A stretch of DNA of 64,000 nt from the NCBI GenBank assembly GCA_001949185.1, contig BDGG01000011.1:827552-891551 (forward strand), given 5' to 3'. This document shows, in pieces, positions 24,976 through 38,300 of the stretch (its first letter is position 1; the number at the start of each line of letters is the position of its first letter). Position numbers and translations under genes: made by a program. The DNA comes from Ramazzottius varieornatus. Taxonomy: Eukaryota; Animalia; Tardigrada. The notes beneath the pieces are model-generated. The model was not told the origin of the DNA. It searched no databases and was given only the letters and a program-made list of their open reading frames with translations.

Positions 24976-27900
24976 TTAAAAACGATAAGTGCGAGAGTCG
25001 ATCTGTTGGAGGATGTGCACTGTGAGTGGCTGATAACAGCTCTTTGGTCCTTGTGCGTGCCAGACGTAGAGATGATCTCCACCACATTCTCCCATGTCGT
25101 AACCCGCTTCCTTCAGCTTCCCTTTGCGCATCTTGAAGGTCCCTAAAGACAGAAAAACCAAAACCTATGTCAGCCTTGCCATTGGGTTCCACGCAGTAAC
25201 ACACGCAGCTTACTTTACACAGTGTCTCTGGCAAGGGGAATTTTATTACTCACCGGTTAGTTCGATCTCCGACATGAAACGAAGGAAGAGCGGACGTGCG
25301 AAACTGGCCAGCTGCTCTTCAACATTCCGACTAAACTCGTCCAGGTTAACTTCCGCGTCATTGCCCGCAATACACGCCATTCCCGCCTTTCCTTCGCAAC
25401 CTGGTGAAACCAAACTTTACAGACCAGAAGACACAGTAAAGAGGGAAGCAGATGGCAAAAGTACCAGATATATCGACGCCGAAGACGGCCACGTCGCGAT
25501 TGTCCAGCAATCGGCTCAAGGTGCCTTCCACTTCCGTCGTGGAGACATTCTCGCCCTTCCATCGAAAGGTGTCACCCAGCCGGTCCACGAAGTAGACATA
25601 CCCTTCCTTGTCCTTAACCAGCAAGTCACCGGTCCGGAAAAAGCGATCGCCTTTCTCCAAGACATTCTCCAGGCATTTCTTTCTCGTGTCTTCTTTGCCC
25701 AAGTACCCATCGAAAGAATTCACTTGGGAGATCTTGCCGACGAGTTCTCCGGGTTCTCCGGGCCTACACTTGATGCACAGTCCGTTGGTATCTCGTAAGG
25801 CTTCATTCGTCTCTAAATCAACCTAAGTACAACAGGAAAAGCCAATGTCGAACATTTCTGCGAAGGGAGTAAGAACCGAAAAGCTGACGACCCAAACATA
25901 AGACGCTGCATCTACCTGCATACCAATGCCATGGTAAGATGCATAGCACATTGTATGCAGGTGCGCGAAACGATGCGTCTTGCAGGTACTCGCAGACCAT
26001 TGACCTTAGATAATGTACGACGGTGTGTATGCAGGTACGCACAAATCGGTTCCGGCGTTTTCGTATGGCAATGGTACCTTGATCAAGTATTGCTGTTTGT
26101 AGTGTTCAACCATCGCCGATGTGAAACCAATCGCTCCCGGTTTCCCATCAAAATTGACAAAGCCGACGTTGCCTTCCGTCGAGCCATAGCATTCGGACAC
26201 CAGCGGTATGTCAAATCTCTCCACAAACTCTGTCCAGATTTGTGGTCGGAGACCCACACCGTAAATGAGTCGGAGTGAATGGACCTTGTCCAGCGGTGAA
26301 GGCGGCTGCGCCAGCAAATAGCGGCAGAGTTCACCGACATAGTGGAAGACTGTACATTTGTAGTGACGGATGTCCTCCCAGAAGTGCGAAGCTGAGAATG
26401 ACTTGCGAAGGACCACGGTCGTCCCGAAGAACAAGGCTTGCCCGATGGCAACCAACCCTCCCGAACTACGAGAAGACAATCAGAATTTCCAAAATTGAAT
26501 TAGGAAGGCCAGCCACAAAGTGAAAGGTTCATCTCACGTGGCGCAAGTTTCCAGGTTTCTTGGCCAAAAGGGTGATACCTCGACAAGGTTGGTTTTCCAA
26601 GTGGCGCACGTTGTCGTCGCCATTAGCTGGCAGCGTGCGTCGCTCGGGACGACATTCTTGTACCCTTACCTGTGATAGAGTGGAAGTGTGCAATAGAGCA
26701 CATCATCGTTCAGCATTCTTGCCACGATGAACCGATGAGACAGCGCGTAGATATACGCTCTTTGCGACGTGACGATGCACGGTTTCGGTAGGCCCGTGGT
26801 ACCGGAAGTGAACATGTAACAAAGAACGTCGCGATGTCCAGGCGGGTTCTTCACGGAAGGCTGGCTGGTGGGCATTGTCGCGATGGCGGTGTCGAAGCTG
26901 GGCAAGTCGTATTCGGCGTGGTCTTTCGGCAACGTCCATGGATATTCTTCGTGAAGAACGAGGGACTTTGTGAGGTTGGCAAGGATGTCGGATAAAATGG
27001 GCAGGTAGTTGGACAAGCAGTCGGCGGAAACGATGACCATCTTGGAATTCGTGCAGGTGATGGCGTGGTGGAGAGCTTGGCCTTTCAGCCCTGCGTTGAC
27101 GAGAGATGTTACGCAACCGATCTTGTTCAGGCCTAACCATATCGCGACGTACTGTGGGCTGAAAAAATAGATACATCAGGAAACTAGACCAACACGAAAG
27201 ATATAAAATGGGAAACCGGCACACGGGATGTACAAGGTGGCGCACGCAGCCAGACAGTAACGCTAAAAATGTGCGCCACTTGCCATAATAATTTTGACGA
27301 GCTTCCCAAACGGCGCACACTCTCAGCCAATGCTAACGTTCGTTACTTTGGATAACGATCTTGTGCGTTTTGTTTGCCGGCTTCCCAAATGTCCTTCATG
27401 GTGAAGAATCGCAAGCGCAAAAGGAAACGGTTACTACGTCACTGCTAGTTTTAAACAGGACTTGCCAACTGAACGGCTTTCTGTTGGTCGGTTTTATGGG
27501 TAAGTAAAGCGATAAGATAACAATCAAACCAGAACAGTATTCAGCTGCCAAACTGAATGAACGTACTGTAGTACTACCAAACTAGCTAGAGGCGTACCAC
27601 GAAGAAGCGACGAGGGCGACACAGTCGCCCCGTTGTAATTGCTCAACGTCCAGGAAGTAATGGGCCACCTGGTTGGCATAGTGGTCAATCTGCTGCAGCG
27701 TCCAGCTGGAGTCGCCATACCGAAGAACGACTTTGTCTGGCCTTCGTCGAGCATGTTGGGCGAAGAGATCAGCCACAGAAATATTCTGGTAACTTCGAAG
27801 GAATGCGTAGGTGGTAACAAAGCTCGATCCAACCGCAGCACTGTGAAACAAGACCCACTTGAGTTGCGCAGAACGTCAGACATCGATCGTTAACGTCATC

Positions 27901-28121
27901 GTAACATTCCAACGGAGTAAGCGAGTTGATCGGGGAATGGGGAAAAAATGGAAGCTAACTTACCGCAGCTCGCGCCGGCCAAGCTGGCCCAGCCGACCGG
28001 GGAAGAAATGTGGAAAATGGTACAGTAGGATCGGGAAGGCCAGAAAAAGCGTAAGCAGAAGGTGAGATCCGGTGTAGAGAAGGAGAAATGCAATAGCGGC
28101 AGAGATTGCTAGGACAAGCAT
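24976..28121 (-). CDS. Fatp: Long-chain fatty acid transport protein / very-long-chain acyl-CoA synthetase (SLC27/FATP)
   Basis: Hydrophobic N-terminus, AMP-binding [68 protein letters not shown]. Multi-exon. Confidence 0.94.
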
Positions 28122-29364
28122 GTCGCCGGCTGATTTGAACTGGTACGGAGCGTGAAAATTATGCGCTGTTGACTGAAGCTTATCTCTCCTTTTGGACGAG
28201 GCAACATGGCTATGCTCTGGTTCTGCAGATCAAAAGTGCCGTGAAAACAGAGATAAGGAAAGGTACTATAGTAATAAGAAAGATGTGCCGAAGTGAGTTG
28301 GCGCCGCGAGCACTTGTGCGCGAGTGCTGCGCCATGAATTACCTTCCCCAACGGCGGAGTATATTTCCCAGCCGTTATAACCTGAGGATTTCTTTACACT
28401 AGAATCCATCGCACGCATATCGATCGATAAAGCGGCACGCTGCTATAATGTTATGATGACATTGTTTGCTTTCCGCTCGCATAAGCGACTATGAATGACT
28501 TGGCAGAAATTCAGTGAAAGGACTGGATCAAAACGTACGGCGACGAGAGCCCATTTGCATCCAACCGTGGCAACATGGAGCGTCTCGAGCCGCGGGCAGT
28601 AGGACTCCATTCAAAACGACGCTGGGAAAAAATTCTGCGGTAGCAAAATAAACCGGTTCGGCGCGGGTATCAAAAATGGCTCAGTCACGCACGCATCGAA
28701 GAGCCGCTAAAAATAAACCAGACCTCGCTCGATAACTCCGCTTAGTGTGCTTCTCGTACCTCGTCTCCCGACGGCGTTTCTGGACATGAAGGGACACGTC
28801 TAAAAAATCCAGCCCATGGCTGAACGTTAACGGAGATGAGATTGATGAGACAGAATAAATGACCAGAACACCAAACTTCACTGCGCACATGAATCCGTTG
28901 AATCGCTTCAAGGTTTCTGGAAACCAAGGCGCCATCTGCCGCCTCACATCTGTTCCGCCCATTGTACGTACGTGGTGACTCACTCGCCATCATTGCCGCT
29001 GACGTCATCGCGACAGCTGGGTTGCTGTGCCGATAAAGTGCCGCAGTGACGTATCGATTAGTTCATTCATAACATGACAAGCTTACATACTTTCAGCTGT
29101 CATTTCAACAACCGTCTGTAGTTTGTAAACGTTGCTGTCATTTCTTCTGACTCATTTTATTTGTGTACTCTTCACGTACTCGTAGCCAACCTCTTCATTC
29201 CGCGCCATTTTCTACTAGAAGAATTCCGCTCGAGGATTTTATTATGTCGCCAGAATGAGGGCCAGTCATCATTACGATCTGACCGACGGAGACACCGTTG
29301 TATTATTTGGCGCAAATTCATCTGCCGTCGTTCTCTCTACTTTACAGGATACGGAGCTTACAAA

Positions 29365-32300
29365 ATGGACAGAACGACACAGCTGGCCAGGGATAAATTG
29401 CCTCTGAGCAGGATTATCGCTGCGTTTGAAGTGGGCATCAACGAGGAGCAAAGTTGGGCTGTGCTGCATCAAGCTTGTGAATACTTCTCCAAGCATCAAC
29501 AGGATGTCTCTCCTGGATTACAATCCTTCGATGTCGACAACATCTTCCTGGACAAGCAGGGATTTGTCGCCGTGGGAAAAGTCAAGAGCGTTACCACAGA
29601 AGCAGAAAGCGAAGCAGGAAAAGAAGACCAAGATAAGGAGAACCTGAAAGGTATTGTTCCAACTATCGAAATTACATACTGATCGACATTGCAGATTACC
29701 TACTAACTACACCGCGTGACTTACGGCAATTACGACCGCGAACCACGTGACTGTAATACATACTAATTACATAATATTACTGCGTCATGTATTATCTCAC
29801 CAGGTTATACAGGCTTCTGTTCCTCTCTCCTCTACAATATGAGGAAAAATCTGGACACAACGAGGAAAGATTCGTTCGTTCTTCGGAAGAGAAATGTCTT
29901 TCTGGTCGTTGTGAGTCAGAAGACCAACGAGTGGAGGTTGATGGTGTGTGGTCAAGGTTTTGTTGATTTTGCGGGCTTTGTCATCAAAGGTAGAAACCTC
30001 TTCGGGACTGGTTTTACAGGTCTTGAACGTTACGAGTTGCCACTAAATGGCAGTAATCAGGTAGTTTATTAGTGCGTGACAAACGCCGCGGCGTGATTTC
30101 ACGTTGAGGATTTGCACCGAGGGTACTCGAGAGGGCTCGTCGATTGGTTCAAGGAATGAGAATGACAGACGGACAATGCATGTTCCAACTGTCACGTTCT
30201 AGAGTGCACTCCAGAACAATCTCTACTCTCAAGTCGATGTGCTGTAACAGTCGCTTCTCTACTAGACTCCAGGGAAAATTAGGGGATGTGGGAAGAGCAG
30301 TGCGGTGGAATGTTGCAGAAGACTCAAAGCCGTGATCGACCATGGTTTACTCAAGGATTATGAAATCGCACTAACTTAGTCTGTCCAGCTCCATGAACAC
30401 TGGAGTGCTTTCTCGAGGACAATCAAATTATACCCAATCATAATTCCTTTTAGATTCAATCAACGAAGCTTTTGTGGGAAAATTTCTTCTGAAATTTATT
30501 TCAGTGTATTCGTCAAGCTTTATTAATTTTGGTTCATTTTTCTGAGGGTAATATTTTTCTGCTTCTCTTCGAATATTATTCTAAGCATTGAAAGTCGGTA
30601 GAAAATTTCTGAAAAAGTTTAGCCTTGAAGAAGGTCGTCTAAAGTGTGGAATATAAGACGATTTGAAAGTGGTTGAAACTTCATCGAGAGGAGTATCCAT
30701 GTTTGGCATCTGGGACGAGTATGCAATAATGGGATTCTCGATTGTGCATTGATCGTTCCATTCAGCCTTATCAGCTTTCAAAAAGCAAACATTAGCACAA
30801 CAGACGACAGAAGGCTTGCAGGCTGCGGTTCCCTCTTTTGCATTTTGGCAACCCAATCGATGTCTTGCTACGACGTCGTCAGCCTCGGCGTCCCCCACTT
30901 CCGCTCGGAGTTGCAAGGCTTTTCCTCTCGGTGATTGACATTGACATCGACCGGCATCGTCGCCTAACTTAATAGCCACGGATGAGTACAGAGGCGCGTG
31001 CTTCCAACAGACATTTCATGGCTACTTTACAAGGACAGTCTGTTTGCTTAGACCTGACAAGTGGCGGGAATCCCTTCCCGCTCGGCCACCCGACGTCCAG
31101 AAACACAAAGAGACAAGGTTAAGCTGAGGCAACACGTCCTCTTTCCTCCGCTGACGTCAGATGGAAGCCACATCGATCGGAATTGCAGATCTGGGTTTGC
31201 GTATCAGTTGGGACTTGCGAGTTGGAGTGTCCCCAAGGAACGATAAACACTTCCGGTAACTTTCCTCCAGGAGGCTTTCTGTGTAGCGTTCCCGGTAATC
31301 TTCCTCGAGCATGATCGGTCGACCTTTTCGATGGGTCGTCCGTAGTTTCACCTTGTTAGTCAGACTTATGATAACGTTCTGTTTTGGCGCCGAGAGTTTG
31401 CGAAAGGCGTGGTCAATTCTTAATTGACAGCTTAATTGCAAGTAGCGTTTTCGGGTCGGATGGGATTTTTTCTCATCCGCCATTCGTAACCGATAACCCT
31501 CATTGTCGAATAAGATAGCGATTCGTTGTCCTCCTCGATAGTCACGACACACGTACTGACTCACAATGGTGTTCAATTACGCTTACGTGGGTCGCCAAGG
31601 AAAGAAACGGCGCCAAGGCAAGACCGAGGTGTATTAATTGACAATGAGTCAACGACGAAGGTTTCTTTGGCTATTGTTGAGTCAGGTGAACTACCAGCGA
31701 CAGTTCGTGCCTTGCTGGTCAAACGCTCAACCTCGTTTTGGGTGCTCCGACTTTGCAACGGTCGATTGAACAACTAGAGCGAAGCGCCTGGTGAATCCAG
31801 ACGACAGAATGCTTCTTGCACTAGAGTTTTGGTCGAAAAGAGGTGGAATATCGAACGATAAATGTGTTGATGGTTTGTTTGGGCGTCGCCGTTGACGATT
31901 CACGATCGACGGAGTATAGCAGTAAACTGTTGACGAGGATTGAACGAAACACGTTGTGGGGTGCTGTTGATACTTGCAGTACTGGTGTCGAAGTTTTCGA
32001 CGGCGGAGAGCACCTCTCGCAAACGAGATAACTGAGGACGTTGAAAAGATAGACACACTCTTCCTTGATTTTACACATTCGAGTCTTCAGTGGTCGTCGC
32101 GGTCGCGCCTGTGAAATGTAGAAAATACTGTAGAAAACGGACGACACCCAATCCGATGTATCCGTTTCGTTCATCATAGTGGCGCCACCGGAAGAGCTAC
32201 AGTAGTAATATTGAATAATTATTAGTATTGGTGGAACACATCTCGGTTTCCAGGATAAAATGTTGAAACACTTCTAGCTGGACAATTCCTTTTTTGTAAC

Positions 32301-35300
32301 AAGCTCTAGTGACAAGTTTGTTTCTCTTTTTTGCAGAAGTAATCAGCCTCTCGGAAGAAGGCTTCCTCCAGCAGTTGTCCTTCGCGCTGTACGAAGTAAG
32401 TTACTTTCAAGTTTCAAAATTAACTCTAGCGGTAAACGTGAAGATTAAAATTTGGGCGGGTCTTCTTTGAGGATGGATTCTCAAACTCTGACGATGCTGA
32501 TAATCTGTTTGTTCTTCGTCAGGCATGCCAGTATGGCTTATCCTCCGAGCAGGAAGCCACGCTTTCATCCGATCTAAAGTCCTTGCTGGAACGCATGGCC
32601 AGCGAGTTCTACAGTGATATTCCGCAACCTTCCACACCGCTCAACTTCGTCCTCCAGGTATAATTCCCAAGATACAAGCCTAAAAGGAGATGCAGAGTCA
32701 AGCGAGTTTAATGCTCCATTTTGTTACAGAAAATCAGGGAACGGCACAAGGGAGATTACTACCAAGCCGTATGTCGTGCGCTGGTGGTCGAATGCTGTGA
32801 TCTCCTCTCATTCCTCAAACACGTTAGGAGTGACACAAACCAAGTAAGACATGACAACACGTCGATGAGCGGTTTCAGAAAGAACAAAAGTCTTCGGCAA
32901 GCAAAGTTATCAAGATCATTTCTGCAAGTGGCGCATGCTTCCAGCCTAAATACTGAAAGCTTGCGCCACTTGGAAAACAAGTTCGACAAGTTGCCTTGAA
33001 AGTGAGGCACGCTTCTAGCAAATAAAGTGGAAACGTGCGCCACTGGAAAAAGCAACCAAACTGGACAAGGCTATTTTTCCAAGCAGCGCGCGTTTTTAGT
33101 GTTGGCTGGAAGCGTGCGCCGCCTGAAGAAGGATGTTGTCGAGTTGGTTTGCCGAGTTCCTACTTTATCATTTTGTTCATATTTTTCCAGAGAAGTGATC
33201 TGGTCTCATCGTCTGGTAGAGAGCTGGTCCCGCTGCAGCCCAAAGATGAGTTTCGGACGTGGGCTAAGCATTGGGTGAAAGTCATGGAGAGCCTGCGGGA
33301 AGGGGTGCAGTTACGAAAGGTGGCTCGGGATAACGAGCTGGAACGGGCCAGTGATGAGCATGGCCCGACGGTCTACGAACTGACACCCTATGAAATGCTG
33401 ATGGAGGATATCCGTCTTCGACGCTTCTCGCTCAAAACTGCTGTGGTAATTGACAACATGATCTGATCGAAACCTTAGCAGCAAAGATTCCTAGGTCGCA
33501 AATGCAAGATTAGTGCGGAGAAACTTCTAGAAGATATTTTCAAAAAAATCCAGGAAACTGGAGGGGTTTGGAGATTGAGAACTCTATATTTCGGTAACGT
33601 CAATCGTATTGGTTTGTTTCGTTTCGTTTCGTTTCGTTTCGGAATTTTACGTGTTGCTGAGAGTTTACTGGTGTCAGTTGACCGTCATTCACCAAGTTTC
33701 TACGGTTTTTGACAACAGAATGTATTACCGCAAATGCTCAAAGCCTCACTGTTAATGTTCATCAGTATGTGTTCGCAGATCAGCGACGAAGAGTCGGTAC
33801 GGATGAGACTGGAGCCGCATGACATCATTTTGGAGTACATCCGATCGCGACCGCCACTTTCACCGGTTGGTTTCCCTTTCCTCACACTCATTTGCTCACT
33901 TTGCCGCCATCACTAGATTACTTCTCTTGTGGCTGTTTACACGATGTGATGGCTTTGCGGTGGTATCTTTGACAGTTCAAGCGTTACACTGCTTTTCTTT
34001 TCTTGGTTGCTTACTTGTCCGTCCAGATTGCCAGGCTGATGGTGGTGCTTGTTTCTCCTCGTAGGCCGCCAAGCGACGACTAAAGCCCAAGATCGAGCAA
34101 CCGACGCCGGCTGAAGCTCTCATGGACTCCATACGGAAGTTCCCACACGAGGCACTGCGCAAGACACCGGTCACCACACCCGTCCCCTCCAGACGAGGTA
34201 AGTCCGGTCGTTGAGAAATGTGTGCAGAAGGCTGGTTTCAACTTGAAAAATGGATGTCTCTGGCACTTTAGTACACTCAGAGCTCGGCAAAACAGCTTCA
34301 CAAGATTGTTTTGTCAAGCGGCGCACTGTGTTAGCCACTACCACTGTAAACGTGCGCCAATTGGAATATCAGTATTGTTGAGTTTTCCAAGTAGCGCACG
34401 CTTCCCGCCAATAATGCGGAACGTGTGCGTTACTTGGGGGAAAACTATCTTGCCGTGTTTTCCCCAGTGAAAATTACCGAGAGATCCGTATGGACTGGCT
34501 GATGGGAACTATTGTTGTCAAGTGAAACCGATCTGATATTTGCCCATTATGGCTTTGTGAAAGGGGTGTACTATAGGGTGGATGAGAGATCCAGTTGGGT
34601 CGATTGTGACCACTGTTACCGTCCGACAAGCAACCTGTTGAATTACCTGAAATTATTGTGGTTTGCATGCTGAGGGTTCATCTCGAGCTCGATAGCGTGC
34701 TATTCCAAGCCATAATTACCGTCGTGTAGGGAGCAATTAGTGGAGGTAGTGGTTCGTGTTATGGACAGTAGGTCGTTGAAAGAGTGAAATTAGACTTTAG
34801 AGTTTGTAATGAGTTCTGGAGGGTACTTGGCTGACGATACACTTGTTGAATGCGCTGAACCGGACTTGGCCACACCGTATCAGTGTTGAGCCTCGACCTG
34901 ATTAATGCCACAGTTGGTGGTACTGTATGGCCCATGAAGTGAATTAAGCGAGAGCGGCTTTGTTTTCTGTTGGAGAGCGATACATTGACTCTTGAAATGC
35001 GGTTGTGTCAATGTCACAGAACCTCTAAACCTCAACGATCGTGTCATAATGCTCTGAAAACCCTACTTTTGACTGGCAGACAGATTTGCGACTCAGTTCG
35101 GAGTGCGTCTCGATAGTCACTTCTGGCCGTCATCTAGCTGTATTCCAGTTTTCGGTGGCGACAAATAGTCGATCGGCAGCTGGTCTTCATTTGGCCCGGG
35201 TTTCTCATTTCGTTGCATCGTGATTTAGGAATTCAGATGCGTGGAATTTAACGATAGCACACGTCTACATATTTGGTTGTGGTCTGAAGCATGACAATGT

Positions 35301-38300
35301 TGATGCATGCTATCATCCGCTCCTCTACGATGCACTCTATGGAGAATTTTTCTCTCGTTTTGTCCAGAGCATTGACTGTTCTCTGGAATATTTCTGATGA
35401 GGTCGCGCAGTAAGTTTCACCGTTTGTTTAGGCAGCTCGATTTCATTGCGTAGGCCTAGCTGATATTTTATATGTTTATTAATTTGAGTGCGGTGGCAGT
35501 CAAGTGTCTGAATAGACATGTATGCGCGAACAACTCGAGAGCGTTCGGCCATGCAAAATGACCGCATCCTGGTCGCAAATGCTCTGCGATCGAGCTAGCT
35601 TCTCTGCTTGCATCTCACGCGACACTGAAATACTCACCTACAATTTTCCTCACATTAGAAATGTCCGATGCTGGGTTGACCGTCATGCTTACACGGATGT
35701 GGCGTGGGCCGACCAAAGTGTACCGTACGTGCGCCATCTTGATTTCTACTGTGGCTGGGTGTTGGGTGGAGACGCTGCAGGCTACAGCTTGGAAGGTGGT
35801 CAGGCATAACCGAGCCAGCGAAAAATGTCTGGAAAAACAAGTGCGATGATAAGTAGCGTCTTTGTTGGGCGTCTTGCGCGCCTGCCGCATACCTGTTTGT
35901 AAGCGTGGTGGACCAAGGTCATTCGTTTGATAACGCTGATTCAGCGCTAGACTGCTACGGCGCTAGACATGATGGCGTTTATCAACGTGCCGATGATAAG
36001 AAAGCCGAAGATGACCGCTCAGGTTTTTCCTTCTATTGCTCGTCGTTGATTATGGCCGCGTCGCATGTGGTGGTTTTCTTGCCTGCCATCAGCGCGTACT
36101 GTTTTTCTCATCGGATCGTTTGCAGGATAATTGCGCTTTAGACCGAGTAGTGAGAATCTGAAAACGTTCCGGCGAAACCTGGCCATGCCCAGCCTTGTTA
36201 TTGAGCAAAGCTAGTGATATGGTTTTTATCTTTGACTGACCGTACGCGTGTGGAGCTGTTTATTAATAGCTTTGCCACATTTTCACCTGACGGAAGTTAT
36301 TTATTTGGACTAAGGAAAGCGTGCGTCTTTTTTGTTATCGCGAAGACGAATGGAGGCATTTCGATAAGGACACTGATGCGCGTGTTGTCGGTTTGCAGTG
36401 TTATCGGATATTTTCCAGAAAGCAGGTATGCGGTATGCAAAGTATGTACCGTAATATTGGTGGGTCATCTTTCAGCTTTGAAGATATCCGTAAAGTGATA
36501 CCTGCGATAGCTTGTCGGCTTTGGCGGTGGACATTGCATTCTCCAGGCGGGGAATCGGCCAGAGAAAGCTGCCAACAGAGCACTTCCGTCTTGTGGATAG
36601 AGTACCTGCCCACATCACGGCAGGCAATGACGATGATCCCGTAATTATGCACGGCTGGTTGACAAAGTGCGCTCTTGTGCCTGGACTATAGTACTGAATT
36701 TTGACGCACTCAATGAGGTGGAAAAGTGCCGTTCGTTCTTTCTTCGTAACGAGGATGACTGTTTCAAGTTGGGCAAAAGTTAACCTTGCATATTTGACTT
36801 CAAGGTCCGTCCGTGAAGAGTCGGACGAGAGACCCACGTTATTCTTTCTGACGCAGAGGCTTAAATTCGGGCAACTTCGTCTGCACTACAGTAAAACCTG
36901 TGAGGAATTCTTCTTTGTGACTTTCGGATCAGAACTGAGTCGCCTTTCCGTCGAGCCATCTTTATTGATCTTTATTAATCTTTGTGTGTTGTGCGTACGT
37001 GAAACTGGGCGTTGTTCATGAGGGCTGTAACCTGCGAGGTTATACAGTTAGACTGTCCAGCTGTAGTATCAGTACCTGCCTCTTGCACTTCTTGGGCTGC
37101 TCAAACACGTACGACGAAAATTATGGCAACAATTTTACTTGCGAGTAGGCGGATTGGTGCATCGCCTATATTTGATGATGTGTGGTTAAGGCTGTTATGA
37201 TTAGGGCAAATCGGACGATCGGACAAGTCGCCAGGCTGTTTATAGCTGGCTGATCGCTTGGCTAGTGTTGGCTCTTGGCGGCGGGTCGCTTCTTTGTCTC
37301 ACCCGCAGATCTTGACATATTACGATAAGCTCCATCTTTGATCTCTCGAGAACGGTATAATTTGGAATAAATTCTTTCTTTGCATTTTGGTCGGAATGGT
37401 TGATGACGCAAAGATGGACAATGAGGAGTTTTCTGATGTAAAGAATGCTCTTTCTGTTGCTGCTGTTGAAGAGTACAGCAGTGAGCAGGATGGAGAATCG
37501 TCGTCGTTGGAGGAAGTTATTACTGATCGCCACGGAACAGACGGTGGTAAAAAGGGCTCCTCGCGAATGGATATCTATTCGGTGGTTTACTTGCTTGAAC
37601 AATCGAGTTTAGAGATATCAGGTGTGACGCATGTGCGGCTCTCATTTTCTCAGAGTTTTGTCCAGCATCAGTATGGCCGACGCTCACAAAATGGGAAAAG
37701 TTGATGTCGTTGGAAACTTTCTCTGCTTTTCCTTGGTTTTATCTCGAAACGTCAATGTGTTATTCCGGTGTCAAGACAGCGCTCAAGAGATCAAATGCTG
37801 AAATTTTCCACGCTTGTTTCACTAGGCTACTTCATTGAAACTTTGGTGTGAGTTTATGGGTAGCAAAAGGCTTTCCTTTTCTTTGCAGGAAGTAAATCCA
37901 ACTTGTCGACGTCGACTGCTTCCAACCTCTCGCATCTGCCCTCCATTCTGATGGAAGCACACTCAGACTCTGGCCCGATGGGAGACACCGGCGACGCTCT
38001 GACGCCTCGTCGCAAACTGGTCATCCCCGACATCGAACCTTCCCCCACCCTGGACTTCCTCATCGAAGAACGCGACAATGAGGATGGCGGACATCACGAC
38101 CACAGCAGCAGCAGCGTAAGAAGAACCCCTAACCTAAATGCGAAGTAATGTCGAAGGGAATAAGTGTCTATGAAACACTCAAGTACCCCAAACAATACAT
38201 CACCGACTGTGCAAGCACACTTCGTGGTGCGCTCTGCTTTGGCATGTGCTGCTTAATTTAATGGTGCATTTTCGATAGGCTCTGATTGGCATAACTGTCA

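Noticed and set aside
31157-32177. Minus-strand ORFs in the first spire intron read as a nested gene or transposase
   Set aside because: The frames are broken with no recognisable motif, TIR or TSD; possibly a decayed element, but unsupported.
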